DNA of 64,000 nt from an uncultured Armatimonadetes bacterium (GCA_963717145.1 OY970325.1:640001-704000), one strand, 5' to 3'; positions 1-10,628 are shown, numbered from the stretch's first letter. Notes: generated from the sequence alone by a model not told the origin. Translations and numbers: made by a program.

Positions 1-889
1 CCGTTGTGTTCGATCCCTGGGTGACTGTGACAACCTGGTTGCCGAATCCGTTGACGGACAACTGCATGGCGGCATCGCCGCGGACGTAGACGCCCCCATT
101 TGCTCCCGTGCGAAGGTACACGCCGGTAGTCGTGGGGTAGCCTCCGCTATTGCCCCACGCGGCATTCTTCTGTATGTCGGTCGAAGGGGGGAGCATGATC
201 GGCGTAACATTGAGCTTGTAGCCTTTACTGCCGTCGAGGAATACCTTCTTGAACGTGGTTTCGTTCTGTGGCCGGCCCGGGGTATAGTTGATGGTCGGAC
301 CGGACCCGGTTACCATGTCCAGGAAGATAGGCGCACTGGAACCGTTATAGTTGACATTGAAGTTGCTCCCATTGTAGTTATTGCTGTGGGCTGGCCCATC
401 CACTCTCTCGCCGGCTTTCCACCAGATGGCTCCACCGCTGATACTGGAGACCTCCCTGTTGGTGAAGTATGCATACCGGCCGAAAGACGCCTGCTTGACT
501 ACCAACTCGATCGTCTTAGTCGCGCCAAGCGCGTCGCCTACGCAAACGATGCGGTATGTCTTGAGGTAAGAGGTCGGGTTATCTGCGGCAGGGACGATGG
601 TGACCGTGTACGTGCCGTCGTCCATGTCCTGAGGCCCGTCGAACGGATCGAACGGGTCCGCAGTGGAAGGCGGATATGCTTGGTCCTTCAGCCACATCGC
701 TGCGATCTCCGCGCCGGATTCGGCGATGTTGAAGGCTGTCGCGCCCTCACGCTGTCTGCTGCACAGATGCAGCGAGTTGGCGGTAACCGTCAGCACGCCC
801 ATCATCGCTGCTGTGACAATGAACATCATCACGACCGAGATGAGAAGGATGCTGCCGGATCTGTTGAGTCTTGGATGGAGTTTCTTCAT
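1..889 (-). CDS. PilX-like / pilus assembly N-terminal domain protein (partial, runs off window start)
   Basis: Manual translation from ATG at 889: MKKLHPRLNRSGSILLISVVMMFIVTAAMMGVL...AFNIAESGAE, a PilX N-terminal-like motif. It directly follows two prepilin-like genes. Confidence 0.7.
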   Translation of the reverse strand, partial: MKKLHPRLNRSGSILLISVVMMFIVTAAMMGVLTVTANSLHLCSRQREGATAFNIAESGAEIAAMWLKDQAYPPSTADPFDPFDGPQDMDDGTYTVTIVPAADNPTSYLKTYRIVCVGDALGATKTIELVVKQASFGRYAYFTNREVSSISGGAIWWKAGERVDGPAHSNNYNGSNFNVNYNGSSAPIFLDMVTGSGPTINYTPGRPQNETTFKKVFLDGSKGYKLNVTPIMLPPSTDIQKNAAWGNSGGYPTTTGVYLRTGANGGVYVRGDAAMQLSVNGFGNQVVTVTQGSNTT

Positions 890-890
890 G

Positions 891-1460
891 TCAATAGTTC
901 CTGAGGTAGACGACACGCTGCGTAAGCTGCGTCTCCTTCGGCCCGCTTGCCGCTTGGTTCAGAGCAACTATGGTGATCCGCACGGAGCGTGATGTATCCT
1001 GCTGGAACAGCAGCTCCGAGATGTCTTTCTTCAACACTTCGCTGGTGCCGTCGGCTCTGACTCGGTACAGCCAGGTGCCATTACTCGTGGGACTGCCGGT
1101 TGAGTCTGAAAGGTAGTAGTCTATCTGCTTGGCTGCGTCAGTCGTATGGCGATCGTAGTATTCCTCGCCCTCCACCAGTCCCGGGAAGCCTACGCTCAAT
1201 CTCGGCCCCGGCCCCTCAGTGACCAGCAGTCCCGATTTGGTCTGTATGGTTACTGTCTTCGCCTCACGGACATCGCTTACAATCTTCTGCATCGCCAAGA
1301 CTGCGTTCGAGTCCGTGAACGTCTGTGTGGTCGTGTTGTCGAAGCATCCGACGGCTCCAAGCATGATCGACACCGCGCCGAAGCCGACGAGGGTCATGAC
1401 GCCGGCAACCACGAGAACCTCAATCATGGAAAATCCCGATCGATTGTCGAGCAAACGCAT
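891..1460 (-). CDS. Prepilin-type N-terminal cleavage/methylation domain protein
   Basis: GFSMIEVLVV class III signal motif followed by a hydrophobic helix. Confidence 0.85.
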   Translation of the reverse strand: MRLLDNRSGFSMIEVLVVAGVMTLVGFGAVSIMLGAVGCFDNTTTQTFTDSNAVLAMQKIVSDVREAKTVTIQTKSGLLVTEGPGPRLSVGFPGLVEGEEYYDRHTTDAAKQIDYYLSDSTGSPTSNGTWLYRVRADGTSEVLKKDISELLFQQDTSRSVRITIVALNQAASGPKETQLTQRVVYLRNY

Positions 1461-1466
1461 GGCGAA

Positions 1467-1946
1467 CTACTCCATATTCGTAACGATGGCAGACAGGCTC
1501 ATCGAACTGGTCTTAGCCTCGTAGGTTGTGTTTTGCCAGGTGACTGTGGCCGTGATCCTCAGCCTGTTGGTTCCGGCATCGGTCACATTTACGGTTGCTG
1601 TGGGCTGAGGCAGGCAACTGGCAACCTCGTCAACGCCCACGAACGAGTATGGCAGAGAGGTCGGGTTGCCATCGATTATTTCCGCGTCGAAGAGTTCGTC
1701 GTAGGTTATGCGGCCATAGCCCACAGCCCGGCACTGATCGATCTTGTGCTGACACAGGCTGATTGCCTGTGAATATTGGCCATTCACCGCCGCCGCCTTC
1801 CGTGCCGCAGGCACACAGGCTGCAAAGATGAGTGTCAGCGCGACCAGGACGGTCAGCGATATCATCACCTCGATGAGGGTGAATCCATGATTATCGGTGC
1901 GTTGGTTCACGGTTGTCTCCGTTGTGAGCACTCTTCCATCCCACAT
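1467..1946 (-). CDS. Prepilin-type N-terminal cleavage/methylation domain protein (PilV-like; start may be GTG 1910)
   Basis: GFTLIEVMISL motif. Confidence 0.85.
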   Translation of the reverse strand: MWDGRVLTTETTVNQRTDNHGFTLIEVMISLTVLVALTLIFAACVPAARKAAAVNGQYSQAISLCQHKIDQCRAVGYGRITYDELFDAEIIDGNPTSLPYSFVGVDEVASCLPQPTATVNVTDAGTNRLRITATVTWQNTTYEAKTSSMSLSAIVTNME

Positions 1947-2054
1947 ATGATTGTTCCACAGAGCTCGCGCTGGGAAGAGACAGTAGTGTTACCAGAATTA
2001 TCGGCAACATGAGGCTGGGCATGGAGAGTGGGAAACCACGGGAGGCACAACGAA

Positions 2055-2084
2055 GAAGCCCCGGCGGGAATCCACCGGGGCTTC
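2055..2084 (-). terminator. Putative intrinsic terminator downstream of transketolase
   Basis: GAAGCCCCGG...CCGGGGCTTC hairpin followed on the minus strand by TTCGTTGT. Confidence 0.55.
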
Positions 2085-2156
2085 GTGCGGCTTAGTTAGG
2101 GTATCGGTCGGTAGCCTAGCCCTTCATGGGCGTTCGAACGGGGACAAGCCCCTGGG

Positions 2157-4151
2157 CTACGTGCCGAGGACCTCTCGAGCCTTCGATGCGACGTGCTCGG
2201 CGGTCAGGCCGAAGACCTGCATCAACTCCCACGGCTGGCCGGACTCGCCGAAGCGGTCCTGGACGCCGATCATATCGAAGGCGACGGGCTTCTTCGCGCC
2301 CTTGAGGATCGCGCTCGCGATGATGTTGCCGAATCCGCCGACCTGGTGCTCCTCGGCCGTCACGACCGCGCCGCACTCCTCGGCGGCCTTGACGATTGCT
2401 TCGACATCGAGCGGCTTCACTGTATGAACATTCAACACGCGGGTCTCGATGCCGAACTCCTCCTTGAGGATGTACGCCGCTCTCATCGCCTCGGGGACCA
2501 TCGGTCCGCAGGCTATGATCGCAAGCTGCTCGCCCTCACCCGTGTAATCGGAAGCGAGAACGGTCTCGAACGCATCGATGAAACGGTCCTTCGCGCCACG
2601 GTAGCGAATCACGTTCGCCTTGCCGAACACGAACGGCGTCTCATCCGTCGAGATGATCGGGGTCGCCTCCCGCGCATATCTCAGGTACACCGGGCCGACG
2701 ATCTGGTTGATGGCGACGCAGGTCGCCTTGTGCGTCTCGACGCTGTCTGCCGGTACGATCAGGTTCATGTTCGGCAGGATCGCCATCAGACTGATCTCCT
2801 CGAGCGCCTGATGGGTCGCGCCGTCGGGGCCGACCGAGATTCCGCCGTGCGCGCCGGCGATCTTGACGTTGAGATTCGCATAGCAGATCGTCGTGCGGAT
2901 CTGGTCCCACGCGCGACCGGCCGCGAAGACGCCGTATGTGCCGGTGATAGGGATCTTGCCCTCCTTCGCCAATCCGCCCGCGACCGCCATCATATTCTGT
3001 TCGGCGATCCCGACGCTGAATACCCGGCCCAGGCGCTCGGGGTTCTTTTTCTCGAAGTCGGCGATGCAGATCGAGTTCGAGATATCGGCGTGCAGAGTCA
3101 CGACCCGCTCATCCTGGCCGCACATGCAGAGGCTGCGGCCGAACCCCATGCGGGTCGGGTCCATTTCCGCCTTCATGCGGTCCTCAGCGTTCCACCAGTA
3201 GTCGCGAGAGAAGGTCGGGACGCTTGACTTCGCCTTCTTCGTGGCGTCAGTGGCCCAGCCATGTGCGTAGTCGAGCAGCTTGTTGAGCCGCTCCTGGCCG
3301 ATGGTTTCGGGCAGGATCTCGCCCATTGCGGCATCGAACTGCTCTTTCTTCGGTGCGAGTCCATGCCAGCCGCCCTGGTCTTCCATGAAAGAAACGCCCC
3401 GGCCCTTGATGGTGGCCGCGATGACGACGGTCGGCTTGCCCTTGACCGTCCTGGCTTGATCGAACGCTTCCGCGATCTGCTTGATGTTGTGCCCGTCGAT
3501 CTCGATCACGTTCCATCCGAACGCCCGATACTTGTCGGCGATCGGCTCGACGTTCATGACGTCCTTCGTCCAGCCGTCGATCTGGAGTCTGTTGTTGTCA
3601 ACGATCGCGCAGAGGTTGTCGAGTTCGAACTGTGCGGCGGACATGGCTGCTTCCCAGACGCTGCCCTCCTGCTGCTCACCGTCGCCCATGATGCAGTAGA
3701 CCCGATGCTGGTCGCCGTCGATCTTTGCCGCAAGTGCGGCCCCCACCGAGATGCCGAGGCCCTGTCCGAGCGATCCGCTCGACATTTCGACCCCGGGCAA
3801 TTCCAGCCAGTTCGGATGCCCCTGGCACGGGCTTCCGAGCTGTCGAAGGCACATTGCGTCCTCCATCGGGAAGTATCCGGCCCTCGCGAGGGCGACATAC
3901 ATGGCAGGCGCCTTGTGGCCAGCCGACCAGAAGAGCCTGTCACGGCCCTCCCAGTTGGGGTCCTCCGGCTTGTTGTTCATCGTATGGAAGTAGAGAACGG
4001 TCTCGATGTCTATGATTGAGAGGGTGCCGCCCGGATGGCCGGTGGTCGCCGCATATATGGAGGCCAGATCGAGTGTTCGGAGTTCCTGCGCGATCTGCTC
4101 GAGCCGCGCGATCTCCTGGTCGCCGATTGCCTCTCTGTCTTTGGTATCCAT
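2157..4151 (-). CDS. tkt: Transketolase (fused N- and C-terminal subunits)
   Basis: GHPGG, SAGHK, GSLGQG, TPP-binding GDGE...N, GIAEQ and DGATHQ motifs; GGAGG RBS before ATG 4151. Confidence 0.93.
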   Translation of the reverse strand: MDTKDREAIGDQEIARLEQIAQELRTLDLASIYAATTGHPGGTLSIIDIETVLYFHTMNNKPEDPNWEGRDRLFWSAGHKAPAMYVALARAGYFPMEDAMCLRQLGSPCQGHPNWLELPGVEMSSGSLGQGLGISVGAALAAKIDGDQHRVYCIMGDGEQQEGSVWEAAMSAAQFELDNLCAIVDNNRLQIDGWTKDVMNVEPIADKYRAFGWNVIEIDGHNIKQIAEAFDQARTVKGKPTVVIAATIKGRGVSFMEDQGGWHGLAPKKEQFDAAMGEILPETIGQERLNKLLDYAHGWATDATKKAKSSVPTFSRDYWWNAEDRMKAEMDPTRMGFGRSLCMCGQDERVVTLHADISNSICIADFEKKNPERLGRVFSVGIAEQNMMAVAGGLAKEGKIPITGTYGVFAAGRAWDQIRTTICYANLNVKIAGAHGGISVGPDGATHQALEEISLMAILPNMNLIVPADSVETHKATCVAINQIVGPVYLRYAREATPIISTDETPFVFGKANVIRYRGAKDRFIDAFETVLASDYTGEGEQLAIIACGPMVPEAMRAAYILKEEFGIETRVLNVHTVKPLDVEAIVKAAEECGAVVTAEEHQVGGFGNIIASAILKGAKKPVAFDMIGVQDRFGESGQPWELMQVFGLTAEHVASKAREVLGT

Positions 4152-4228
4152 GTGTCCTCCTTGGTGTGTTCGTGCGAGGTAAACCAGCGATACTCTAACA
4201 CTCAGACCAACGCTTGTCAACGCCGACA

Positions 4229-4315
4229 CTCACCCCCGTGGATGCTGAATCAAGTTCAGCATGACGTATCGCGCTGGCGTCATGCTGAACTTGATTCAGC
4301 ATCCACGGGGGTGAG
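4229..4315. repeat. Palindromic element, GATGCTGAATCAAGTTCAGCATGAC family, copy 1
   Basis: Perfect ~38-bp inverted repeat; same core at 21129-21208. Confidence 0.9.
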
Positions 4316-4372
4316 GGTTCTCCCTCTTGCATCGCATTTGACACGCGCGCGGGGAGTTGGTACTCTGTCGCT

Positions 4373-5404
4373 ATGAGTTACGAGATCGGTATGCAGGCGA
4401 TCAACCTCGAAATGCCGGAGCGGGTGGGGCACACGGAGTACTGCTCACATCCCTTACTCGCAAAGGCGATCACGGGCGTCGATCCGCGCGAGGATACGAA
4501 CGGCTGGCGGCTGTTCAACGATGCGCTAGGGATCGATCTGGTCTGGAGCACGAACGACGGCCCGGGATGGAGCGGTCGCACCACGAACATGGGCCATGCG
4601 GTCTTCCAGCAGGACGGCACCGACTTCGACGCGAACATCCGGTGTCCATTCGAATCGCCGGAGGAGGTCCTGAGCTTCGATCCGGTCGCCGAGTACGGGA
4701 TCCCTGATATCGAAGAGCGCGCGGCGTTCTTCGAGCAGTCGTACCGATCGGGGCAGCAGGCGAATCCGAACCAGGTCTTCACCGGCGGATACTACAAGAC
4801 GATCTTCTCAGCGTGCATCCAGGCGTTCGGGTGGGATATGTTCCTCTCCGCAGCGGCTCTGGACTACGATCGCTTCGATCGTGTCGTGGAGGGCTTTTTC
4901 GAGATATCGCTGGCGAATTTCCGGGCGTGGGCGAAGACCTCCGCGCCGGTGTTCATCTGCCACGATGACATCGTCTGGACCGCCGGCGCGGTCTTTCATC
5001 CAGAGTGGTATCGGAAGTACGTCTTCCCTCGCTACAAGCGGCTCTGGTCGGTGCTCAGGGATGCGGGGAAGAAGATCCTCTTCTGCTCGGACGGTGACTT
5101 CACGGAGTTCGTTGATGATATCGCCGATGCCGGCGCTGATGGGTTCATCTTCGAGCCGCTCACCAGCTTGGAGCGCATTGTCGAGCGATACGGTCAGACC
5201 AAGGCGATCATCGGCAACGTGGACACGCGCGTCCTTACGTTTGGCGACAAAGACGGGATCAAGCGGGAAGTCGAGCGTGTGATGGCGCTGGGGAAGCCGT
5301 GCCCCGGTTTCTTCATAGCGGTGGGAAACCACATCCCTCACAACGTCCCGATCGAGAACGCGCTCTACTATTTCGACCTCGTGGAGAAGCTGGGAAGACG
5401 CTGA
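4373..5404 (+). CDS. Uroporphyrinogen decarboxylase (UroD/MtaA-CmuA) family protein
   Basis: HDDI, FCSDG, IIGNVD and GNHIPHNVP C-terminal motifs typical of the family. Confidence 0.8.
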   Translation: MSYEIGMQAINLEMPERVGHTEYCSHPLLAKAITGVDPREDTNGWRLFNDALGIDLVWSTNDGPGWSGRTTNMGHAVFQQDGTDFDANIRCPFESPEEVLSFDPVAEYGIPDIEERAAFFEQSYRSGQQANPNQVFTGGYYKTIFSACIQAFGWDMFLSAAALDYDRFDRVVEGFFEISLANFRAWAKTSAPVFICHDDIVWTAGAVFHPEWYRKYVFPRYKRLWSVLRDAGKKILFCSDGDFTEFVDDIADAGADGFIFEPLTSLERIVERYGQTKAIIGNVDTRVLTFGDKDGIKREVERVMALGKPCPGFFIAVGNHIPHNVPIENALYYFDLVEKLGRR

Positions 5405-5564
5405 ACCGCCTCTCTGCGATCTACGCCTCTCCTTACGAAGGAAAGGCCGGCCAGCAGGCCGGGGGAGGTTTGCTTGGCGATCTTGGCGTCTTGGCGGTTC
5501 CATCTCAGTGGCCAGGGCGCAGAAACCCCCTCGGCCCAGAGGCCGGTCCCCTTTCGTACGGGGG
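5403..5564. repeat. Degenerate nested palindrome with CTTGGCG tandem units
   Basis: Imperfect inverted arms 5429-5473 / 5519-5564; GAACCGCC...GGCGGTTC pair; CTTGGCG x3. Confidence 0.55.
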
Positions 5565-5641
5565 ACATCTTATGAAGGATTGGCACGGCTGGACGGCGAA
5601 TTCTTGGAGTGACTGATCCTCGATGACCTCGGAGGAAATGC

Positions 5642-6322
5642 ATGAAGATACTGCTCGCGGCGCTATGTGCGCTGACCCTCGCTGCGGCCTCACAGCCGGT
5701 GCTCGTCTGGTCGCCTCATGATTGGTACCGCTACCAGGGCACAGCGGATCCGGGAAAGGGCGATCCGTACGATTCTTCGCCCAACCAGGAGTCGAACTGC
5801 GGGCCGAGTTGTGTCGCCATGTGTGTCCAGTACACGACGGGGCGATGGGTTCCGATGGATCAGGCTGGCGGAAAAGACAACGTCCGCTTCGCGATGATGG
5901 GACGCAACGAGAACGAGGGCTGCGACTGGCCGCAGGTCGAAAAGGCGCTGAAGCATTGGAACGTACCCTACCGATGGATACACAAGGCTGACGGCATCAG
6001 AGAGGCCGTGCGGAAAGGTCACCCGGTCATGGCGATGGTCCAGTGCTCGGAGCTTTCGAAGCCCAAGTCGCGAGACTCGAAGGTTGGCCGTTACTACGAG
6101 TTTCAGTGGGGTCACCTGTTGATGGTCCGCGGGATGTCGAAAAACAGCGACTACTTCGTCTGCTACGATCCGCAGGTCTTCGTCGAGAAGCCTGAGCATT
6201 GGACGAAAGCCGGCGAGCCCCGAGGCAAGGACGTGCTCTACCCGGCGAGCCAGTTCGAGGACGCCTGCGTGACCAAGCTCGGGGAGAACTTCCCCGCGAT
6301 AGAGATCCTCAAGAGCTACTAG
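5642..6322 (+). CDS. Secreted C39-like cysteine peptidase
   Basis: Signal peptide; Q..NCGPSC, GH and YDP catalytic-type motifs. Confidence 0.7.
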   Translation: MKILLAALCALTLAAASQPVLVWSPHDWYRYQGTADPGKGDPYDSSPNQESNCGPSCVAMCVQYTTGRWVPMDQAGGKDNVRFAMMGRNENEGCDWPQVEKALKHWNVPYRWIHKADGIREAVRKGHPVMAMVQCSELSKPKSRDSKVGRYYEFQWGHLLMVRGMSKNSDYFVCYDPQVFVEKPEHWTKAGEPRGKDVLYPASQFEDACVTKLGENFPAIEILKSY

Positions 6323-6331
6323 CCCACATGG

Positions 6332-6442
6332 CGTAGTGGCCGCGCCTCCGTGCCGGCCATGCACCCGGAGAGGCCGGCACAGAGGCGCGGCCACTACAGA
6401 TGCAGAACCCGGAGAGGCCGGCACAGAGGCGCGGCCACTACG
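6332..6442. repeat. GTAG-type REP cluster (three units)
   Basis: GTAGTGGCCGCGCCTCCGTGCCGGCC followed by two direct copies of its near reverse complement (6363-6397, 6407-6441). Confidence 0.85.
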
Positions 6443-6458
6443 GATGGAGGTGCGCAGA

Positions 6459-7370
6459 GTGTCAGATATCGTCACAAGATTCCCGGGCAACCCGATCATC
6501 ACCCCGGCGATGATCCCCGGCGCAAATGCCGTGTTCAACAGCTCCGTCGTGCCCTTCGAGGGCCGGTACGCCGCCGTCCTCCGCGTCGAGAGCAGACAGG
6601 GCTATCAGACGATGCGCCGCGCGTGGAGTGCTGACGGCATCCACTTCGATGTCGATCCCGATCCGATCCTCGCGCCCACGGAGGAGCCGTTCCTTACCTA
6701 CGAGGAGGCGATCTACGATCCGCGGATCACGAGGATCGAGGACACATACTACATCTGCTATGCAGCCGAGAACCGTTATGGCTGCCAGATCTCGGTGAGT
6801 AAGACAACCGATTTTCGCACGTTCGAGAAGGTCGCCATCGCCTCAGAGCCGACCAACCGCAATATGGTGCTCTTCCCGGAGAAGATCGACGGCCTGTATG
6901 TGCGCCTCGATCGACCGTTCCAGCAAGGGGGGCAGGGGCACACCTGGATCTCTTACTCCCCCGACCTGGTGTTCTGGGGCAAGTCGAAGTGCGTAATGGA
7001 GAGTCGTCGGTTCGCATGGGACCAGGGGAAGATCGGTCCCGGCGCACCGCCGATCAGGACTCCCGAGGGCTGGCTCGTGATCTATCACGGCACGACCCCT
7101 CGCTGCAACGGGCTGATCTACAAGGCCGGTGTTGCGCTCCTGGACCTGGACGATCCGTCGAAGGTCATCGCTAGGGGCAAAGAGTACATCATGGCTCCGA
7201 GCGAGGAATATGAGCGGAACGGGGATGTCCCGAACGTCGTCTTCGTTACTGCGGCGATCCCCGATTTCGAGAAGGATGAGATTCGACTTTACTATGGCGC
7301 TGCGGATACCTGCTTCTGTCTCGCCACCGCCAGGATCAGCGATCTCATAGAATTCGCTCGCAAAAGGTAG
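6459..7370 (+). CDS. GH130 beta-mannoside phosphorylase/glycosidase
   Basis: AVFNS, YDPRIT, NRNMVLFPEKI, IGPGAPP, GDVPNVVF and YYGAAD motifs; GGAGG before GTG 6459. Confidence 0.9.
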   Translation: MSDIVTRFPGNPIITPAMIPGANAVFNSSVVPFEGRYAAVLRVESRQGYQTMRRAWSADGIHFDVDPDPILAPTEEPFLTYEEAIYDPRITRIEDTYYICYAAENRYGCQISVSKTTDFRTFEKVAIASEPTNRNMVLFPEKIDGLYVRLDRPFQQGGQGHTWISYSPDLVFWGKSKCVMESRRFAWDQGKIGPGAPPIRTPEGWLVIYHGTTPRCNGLIYKAGVALLDLDDPSKVIARGKEYIMAPSEEYERNGDVPNVVFVTAAIPDFEKDEIRLYYGAADTCFCLATARISDLIEFARKR

Positions 7371-7454
7371 AAGAGGTGTTGCCTTAACCGCCTGTAGATG
7401 CTATTATCAAGCATAGTGCGATGAACTCAGGTTGACCTCGCAGGAAAGGAACAC

Positions 7455-8003
7455 TTGCTGATGAAGAAGTATCTCCCCATTCTCCTGGTCGTGCTGCTCC
7501 TCGTGATCGGAATGGTATACAGCGCGATGATGAAGCGGTCGGGTGGAGACAGCCATGACCACGAAGCGGAGTCGGTGGAAGAAGCACCGGCATCGGACAA
7601 TGCCGGATCGGATTCTGCACTCGTAGTGAAGGAGAACGCAGCCGCGTTCGACTCTGACAAGGTAGTGACCACCCCTTCGGGGCTCAGATACGTCGACATC
7701 AAGGCGGGTACCGGAGCAGCTCCTCGGAAGGGCCAGACAGTGATCGTGCATTACACCGGATGGCTCATCGACGGCACGGAGTTCGACAGCTCGCTGAATC
7801 GTGGCGAGCCGTTTACGTTTGTATTGCAGGCGACACCCCCGAATGTCATCGGCGGATGGGATGAGGGTGTCGCCACAATGAAAGTCGGCGGCAAGCGCAA
7901 GCTGATGGTGCCACCGCAGTTGGCTTACGGCGAGCGGGGGCAAAGTTCTATTCCTCCAAACGCCACGCTCATATTCGATGTCGAGTTACTGGAAATAAAG
8001 TAG
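7455..8003 (+). CDS. FKBP-type peptidyl-prolyl isomerase, membrane-anchored
   Basis: [21 protein letters not shown] and [14 protein letters not shown] motifs. Confidence 0.93.
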   Translation: MLMKKYLPILLVVLLLVIGMVYSAMMKRSGGDSHDHEAESVEEAPASDNAGSDSALVVKENAAAFDSDKVVTTPSGLRYVDIKAGTGAAPRKGQTVIVHYTGWLIDGTEFDSSLNRGEPFTFVLQATPPNVIGGWDEGVATMKVGGKRKLMVPPQLAYGERGQSSIPPNATLIFDVELLEIK

Positions 8004-8022
8004 TTAAGAGGCTGAAAATAGC

Positions 8023-8802
8023 ATGAAGTATCTGTTGCTAATCGTTTCTCTGAGTTTTGTCGCCGTGCTGCTGGCCGGCTGCGGAAGCAGCGGACCGAAG
8101 CTGTTCGACACAATCACGACCGACACGGGGCTGCAATATCGCGATCTCGCGATAGGCAGTGGGATGAGTCCGATCAACGAGGACGTTGTCCAGGTGCACT
8201 CCACCGGCTGGCTGCAGGATGGCCGGGTGATCAACAGCACAATCGGTGGAGACCCGATAGAGTTCGAAGTAGGCGGCAATGCAGTCATCGCCGGATTCGA
8301 CGAGGGCGTCAGAGGAATGAAACCCGGCGGGAAGCGTAGACTCGTTATCCCGCCACAGATTGGGTACGGGAGCGAGGGTAACGCTCAGCTCGGAGTTCCC
8401 AGTGGCGCCACCCTCATCTACGATATCCAACTGGTAGACGTGCAGCGGTACAACTGGGTAACCACCGCATCCGGGCTCAAGTATGCCGATCTCACTGTCG
8501 GAAATGGTGCGACGCCACAGACCGGACAGATATGCAATGTCTTCTACAAAGGCTGGCTGCAGTCTGATGGCACTGTGTTCGACCAGAACCAACCGCCCAA
8601 CGACCCATTCTCATTCGCCATCGGGCAGGGAAACGTCATCGCGGGCTGGGATGAAGGCGTGGCGACAATGAAGGTCAACGGAAAGCGGCGTCTGGTAATC
8701 CCACCGGATCTTGCATACGGCGCATCAGGGCAAGGAGACATCCCCCCGAATGCCACCCTGGTCTTTGATGTGGACCTTATCAGTCTCGGGCCGCCGCCAT
8801 AG
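8023..8802 (+). CDS. Two-domain FKBP-type PPIase lipoprotein
   Basis: LAGC lipobox; two FKBP domains. Confidence 0.9.
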   Translation: MKYLLLIVSLSFVAVLLAGCGSSGPKLFDTITTDTGLQYRDLAIGSGMSPINEDVVQVHSTGWLQDGRVINSTIGGDPIEFEVGGNAVIAGFDEGVRGMKPGGKRRLVIPPQIGYGSEGNAQLGVPSGATLIYDIQLVDVQRYNWVTTASGLKYADLTVGNGATPQTGQICNVFYKGWLQSDGTVFDQNQPPNDPFSFAIGQGNVIAGWDEGVATMKVNGKRRLVIPPDLAYGASGQGDIPPNATLVFDVDLISLGPPP

Positions 8803-8810
8803 GAGAAGTA

Positions 8811-9734
8811 TTGATGAGACTCACTCTGCTTGGAATCACACTGATGATGTTGTTCGCAACTGGAGCCTTTTGCGCAGGCGTGAAGATCGGTGACCTTGCG
8901 CCGACTGAGATCAATGGCTGGAAGGCGGACGGCAAGGACGGCGAGTACAATCGCACGAACCTGTATGACTACATAGACGGCGGCGCGGAGGTCTACCTCG
9001 CCTATGGGTACAAGGCGGCTTTCGCCCGGCGGTTCACGAAGCCCGAGCAGCCTGCGATAACCGCCGACATCTTCGATATGGGCACCTCTGAGGATGCGTA
9101 TGGCCTCTTCAGCTTCGAGCGCGAAGGAAAGTCGGTCCGAATCGGTCAGGATTCGGAGTACGCCGGCGGGTTCCTCAGGTTCTGGAAAGGTACATACTTC
9201 GTCTCGATCCTTGCTGACAAGGAGTCTCCCGAATCGAAGGAAGCCGTGATGGGCCTGGGGAAGGCGATCGCGGACAAGATCAACGATGCGGGTACCAGGC
9301 CGAAGATGCTCGAGTTCCTGCCCCAGAGTAACCTGATCGCCCCGAGCACCAGGTTCTTCCACCAGAAGTCAGGGCTGGACTACCACTTCTTCGTGGCCGA
9401 CAAGAACATCCTCAACCTCGGCCCGAAGACCAATGTCCTGCTGGCTCAGTTCAAGACGCCCGCGAGGCGAACGGCTAAGGTCATCCCCAAGTCCCAGTTG
9501 TTGCTGGTTCAGTATCCGACCGCAAAGGAAGCATCCGGGGCGCATGCCTCCTTTGGGAAGGCATACATGCCGGAAGCGAAGTCAGATGGTACGATCAGGA
9601 CGGAGGACGGCAAGTTCACGGTCGCACGGCTGAAGAGCACCTACGTCGCCGTCGTTTTCGAAGCGCCGGATACGGTGTATGCCAATGCATTGCTCGATTC
9701 GATCGTTGCAGGTATGGAGGTAAAGAGCAAATGA
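8811..9734 (+). CDS. Secreted protein (DUF6599-like)
   Basis: Signal peptide; NLYDYIDGGAEVY motif; overlaps the next gene. Confidence 0.6.
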   Translation: MMRLTLLGITLMMLFATGAFCAGVKIGDLAPTEINGWKADGKDGEYNRTNLYDYIDGGAEVYLAYGYKAAFARRFTKPEQPAITADIFDMGTSEDAYGLFSFEREGKSVRIGQDSEYAGGFLRFWKGTYFVSILADKESPESKEAVMGLGKAIADKINDAGTRPKMLEFLPQSNLIAPSTRFFHQKSGLDYHFFVADKNILNLGPKTNVLLAQFKTPARRTAKVIPKSQLLLVQYPTAKEASGAHASFGKAYMPEAKSDGTIRTEDGKFTVARLKSTYVAVVFEAPDTVYANALLDSIVAGMEVKSK

Positions 9735-10615
9735 CGGGCAAAGACCGTGTGATCACTCGGCGCGACTTCCTGAGGGCCACGGCATCTGCGGCGCTCATTG
9801 CAGCCGTGGGTCTGCCGCTCGCGGCCGAAGCAGTTGCCGGGAAGAAGTCCCGGGTCGTGCTGATCCGCAGCGCGGGTGTTCTCGACAAGGATGGGAAAAT
9901 CGACTCGAACGTCCTGGGCGATATGCTCGACCAGGCCGTTGTGAAGTTGCTCGACAAACCGAGTGCCGCCTCCGCCTGGAAGAGTCTCGTGAAGCCGTCG
10001 GACCTGGTCGGCATAAAGTCCAATCGCTGGAACAGGCTTCCCACTCCTCCCGAGATGGAGAAGATCATCACGGACCGCATTATGGCGGCGGGAATCCCGG
10101 CCGACAAGGTGTTCTGCGACGACCGGGGATCGAAGGACAAGTTCGAGTCGAGCACGGCGCTGATAAACGTCCGTCCGGCTCGGACGCATCATTGGTCCGG
10201 CATGGGCAGTTGCATCAAGAACTACATCATTCTGAGCCCGAAGCCGTCGGACCTGCATCCGGATTCGTGCGCGGCTCTGGGGTCGGTCTGGGGGCTGCCC
10301 ATCGTGAAGGGGAAGACCAGGCTGAATATCCTCGTACTGCTGAGTCCACAGTTCTATGGCCGAGGCCCTCAGGATTACGATCCGAACAACATCTGGGCTT
10401 ACAAGGGGCTCGCGATCTCGACGGATCCGGTGGCGGTGGATGCCATTGGGGCGCACCTTCTCAAGACGAAGCGGATCGCCTTCTTCGGCGAGGACAAGCC
10501 GATCACACCTACCACGCACATCGCGGTGGCGGACCAGAAGTATGGCCTGGGTGTGAGTGACCTCAACAGGATCGAGCTGATCAAGCTTGGGTGGAAGACG
10601 GACATACTCATTTAG
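9731..10615 (+). CDS. Tat-exported DUF362 family protein
   Basis: TRRDFL Tat motif; VGIK.N, GSCIKNY and STDPVAVD motifs. Confidence 0.75.
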   Translation: MTGKDRVITRRDFLRATASAALIAAVGLPLAAEAVAGKKSRVVLIRSAGVLDKDGKIDSNVLGDMLDQAVVKLLDKPSAASAWKSLVKPSDLVGIKSNRWNRLPTPPEMEKIITDRIMAAGIPADKVFCDDRGSKDKFESSTALINVRPARTHHWSGMGSCIKNYIILSPKPSDLHPDSCAALGSVWGLPIVKGKTRLNILVLLSPQFYGRGPQDYDPNNIWAYKGLAISTDPVAVDAIGAHLLKTKRIAFFGEDKPITPTTHIAVADQKYGLGVSDLNRIELIKLGWKTDILI

Positions 10616-10628
10616 TGCAGTATGCCCG

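Noticed and set aside
6332-6442. CRISPR array
   Set aside because: Only two direct units with a ~9-bp spacer plus an inverted unit, and no cas genes; this fits a REP cluster.
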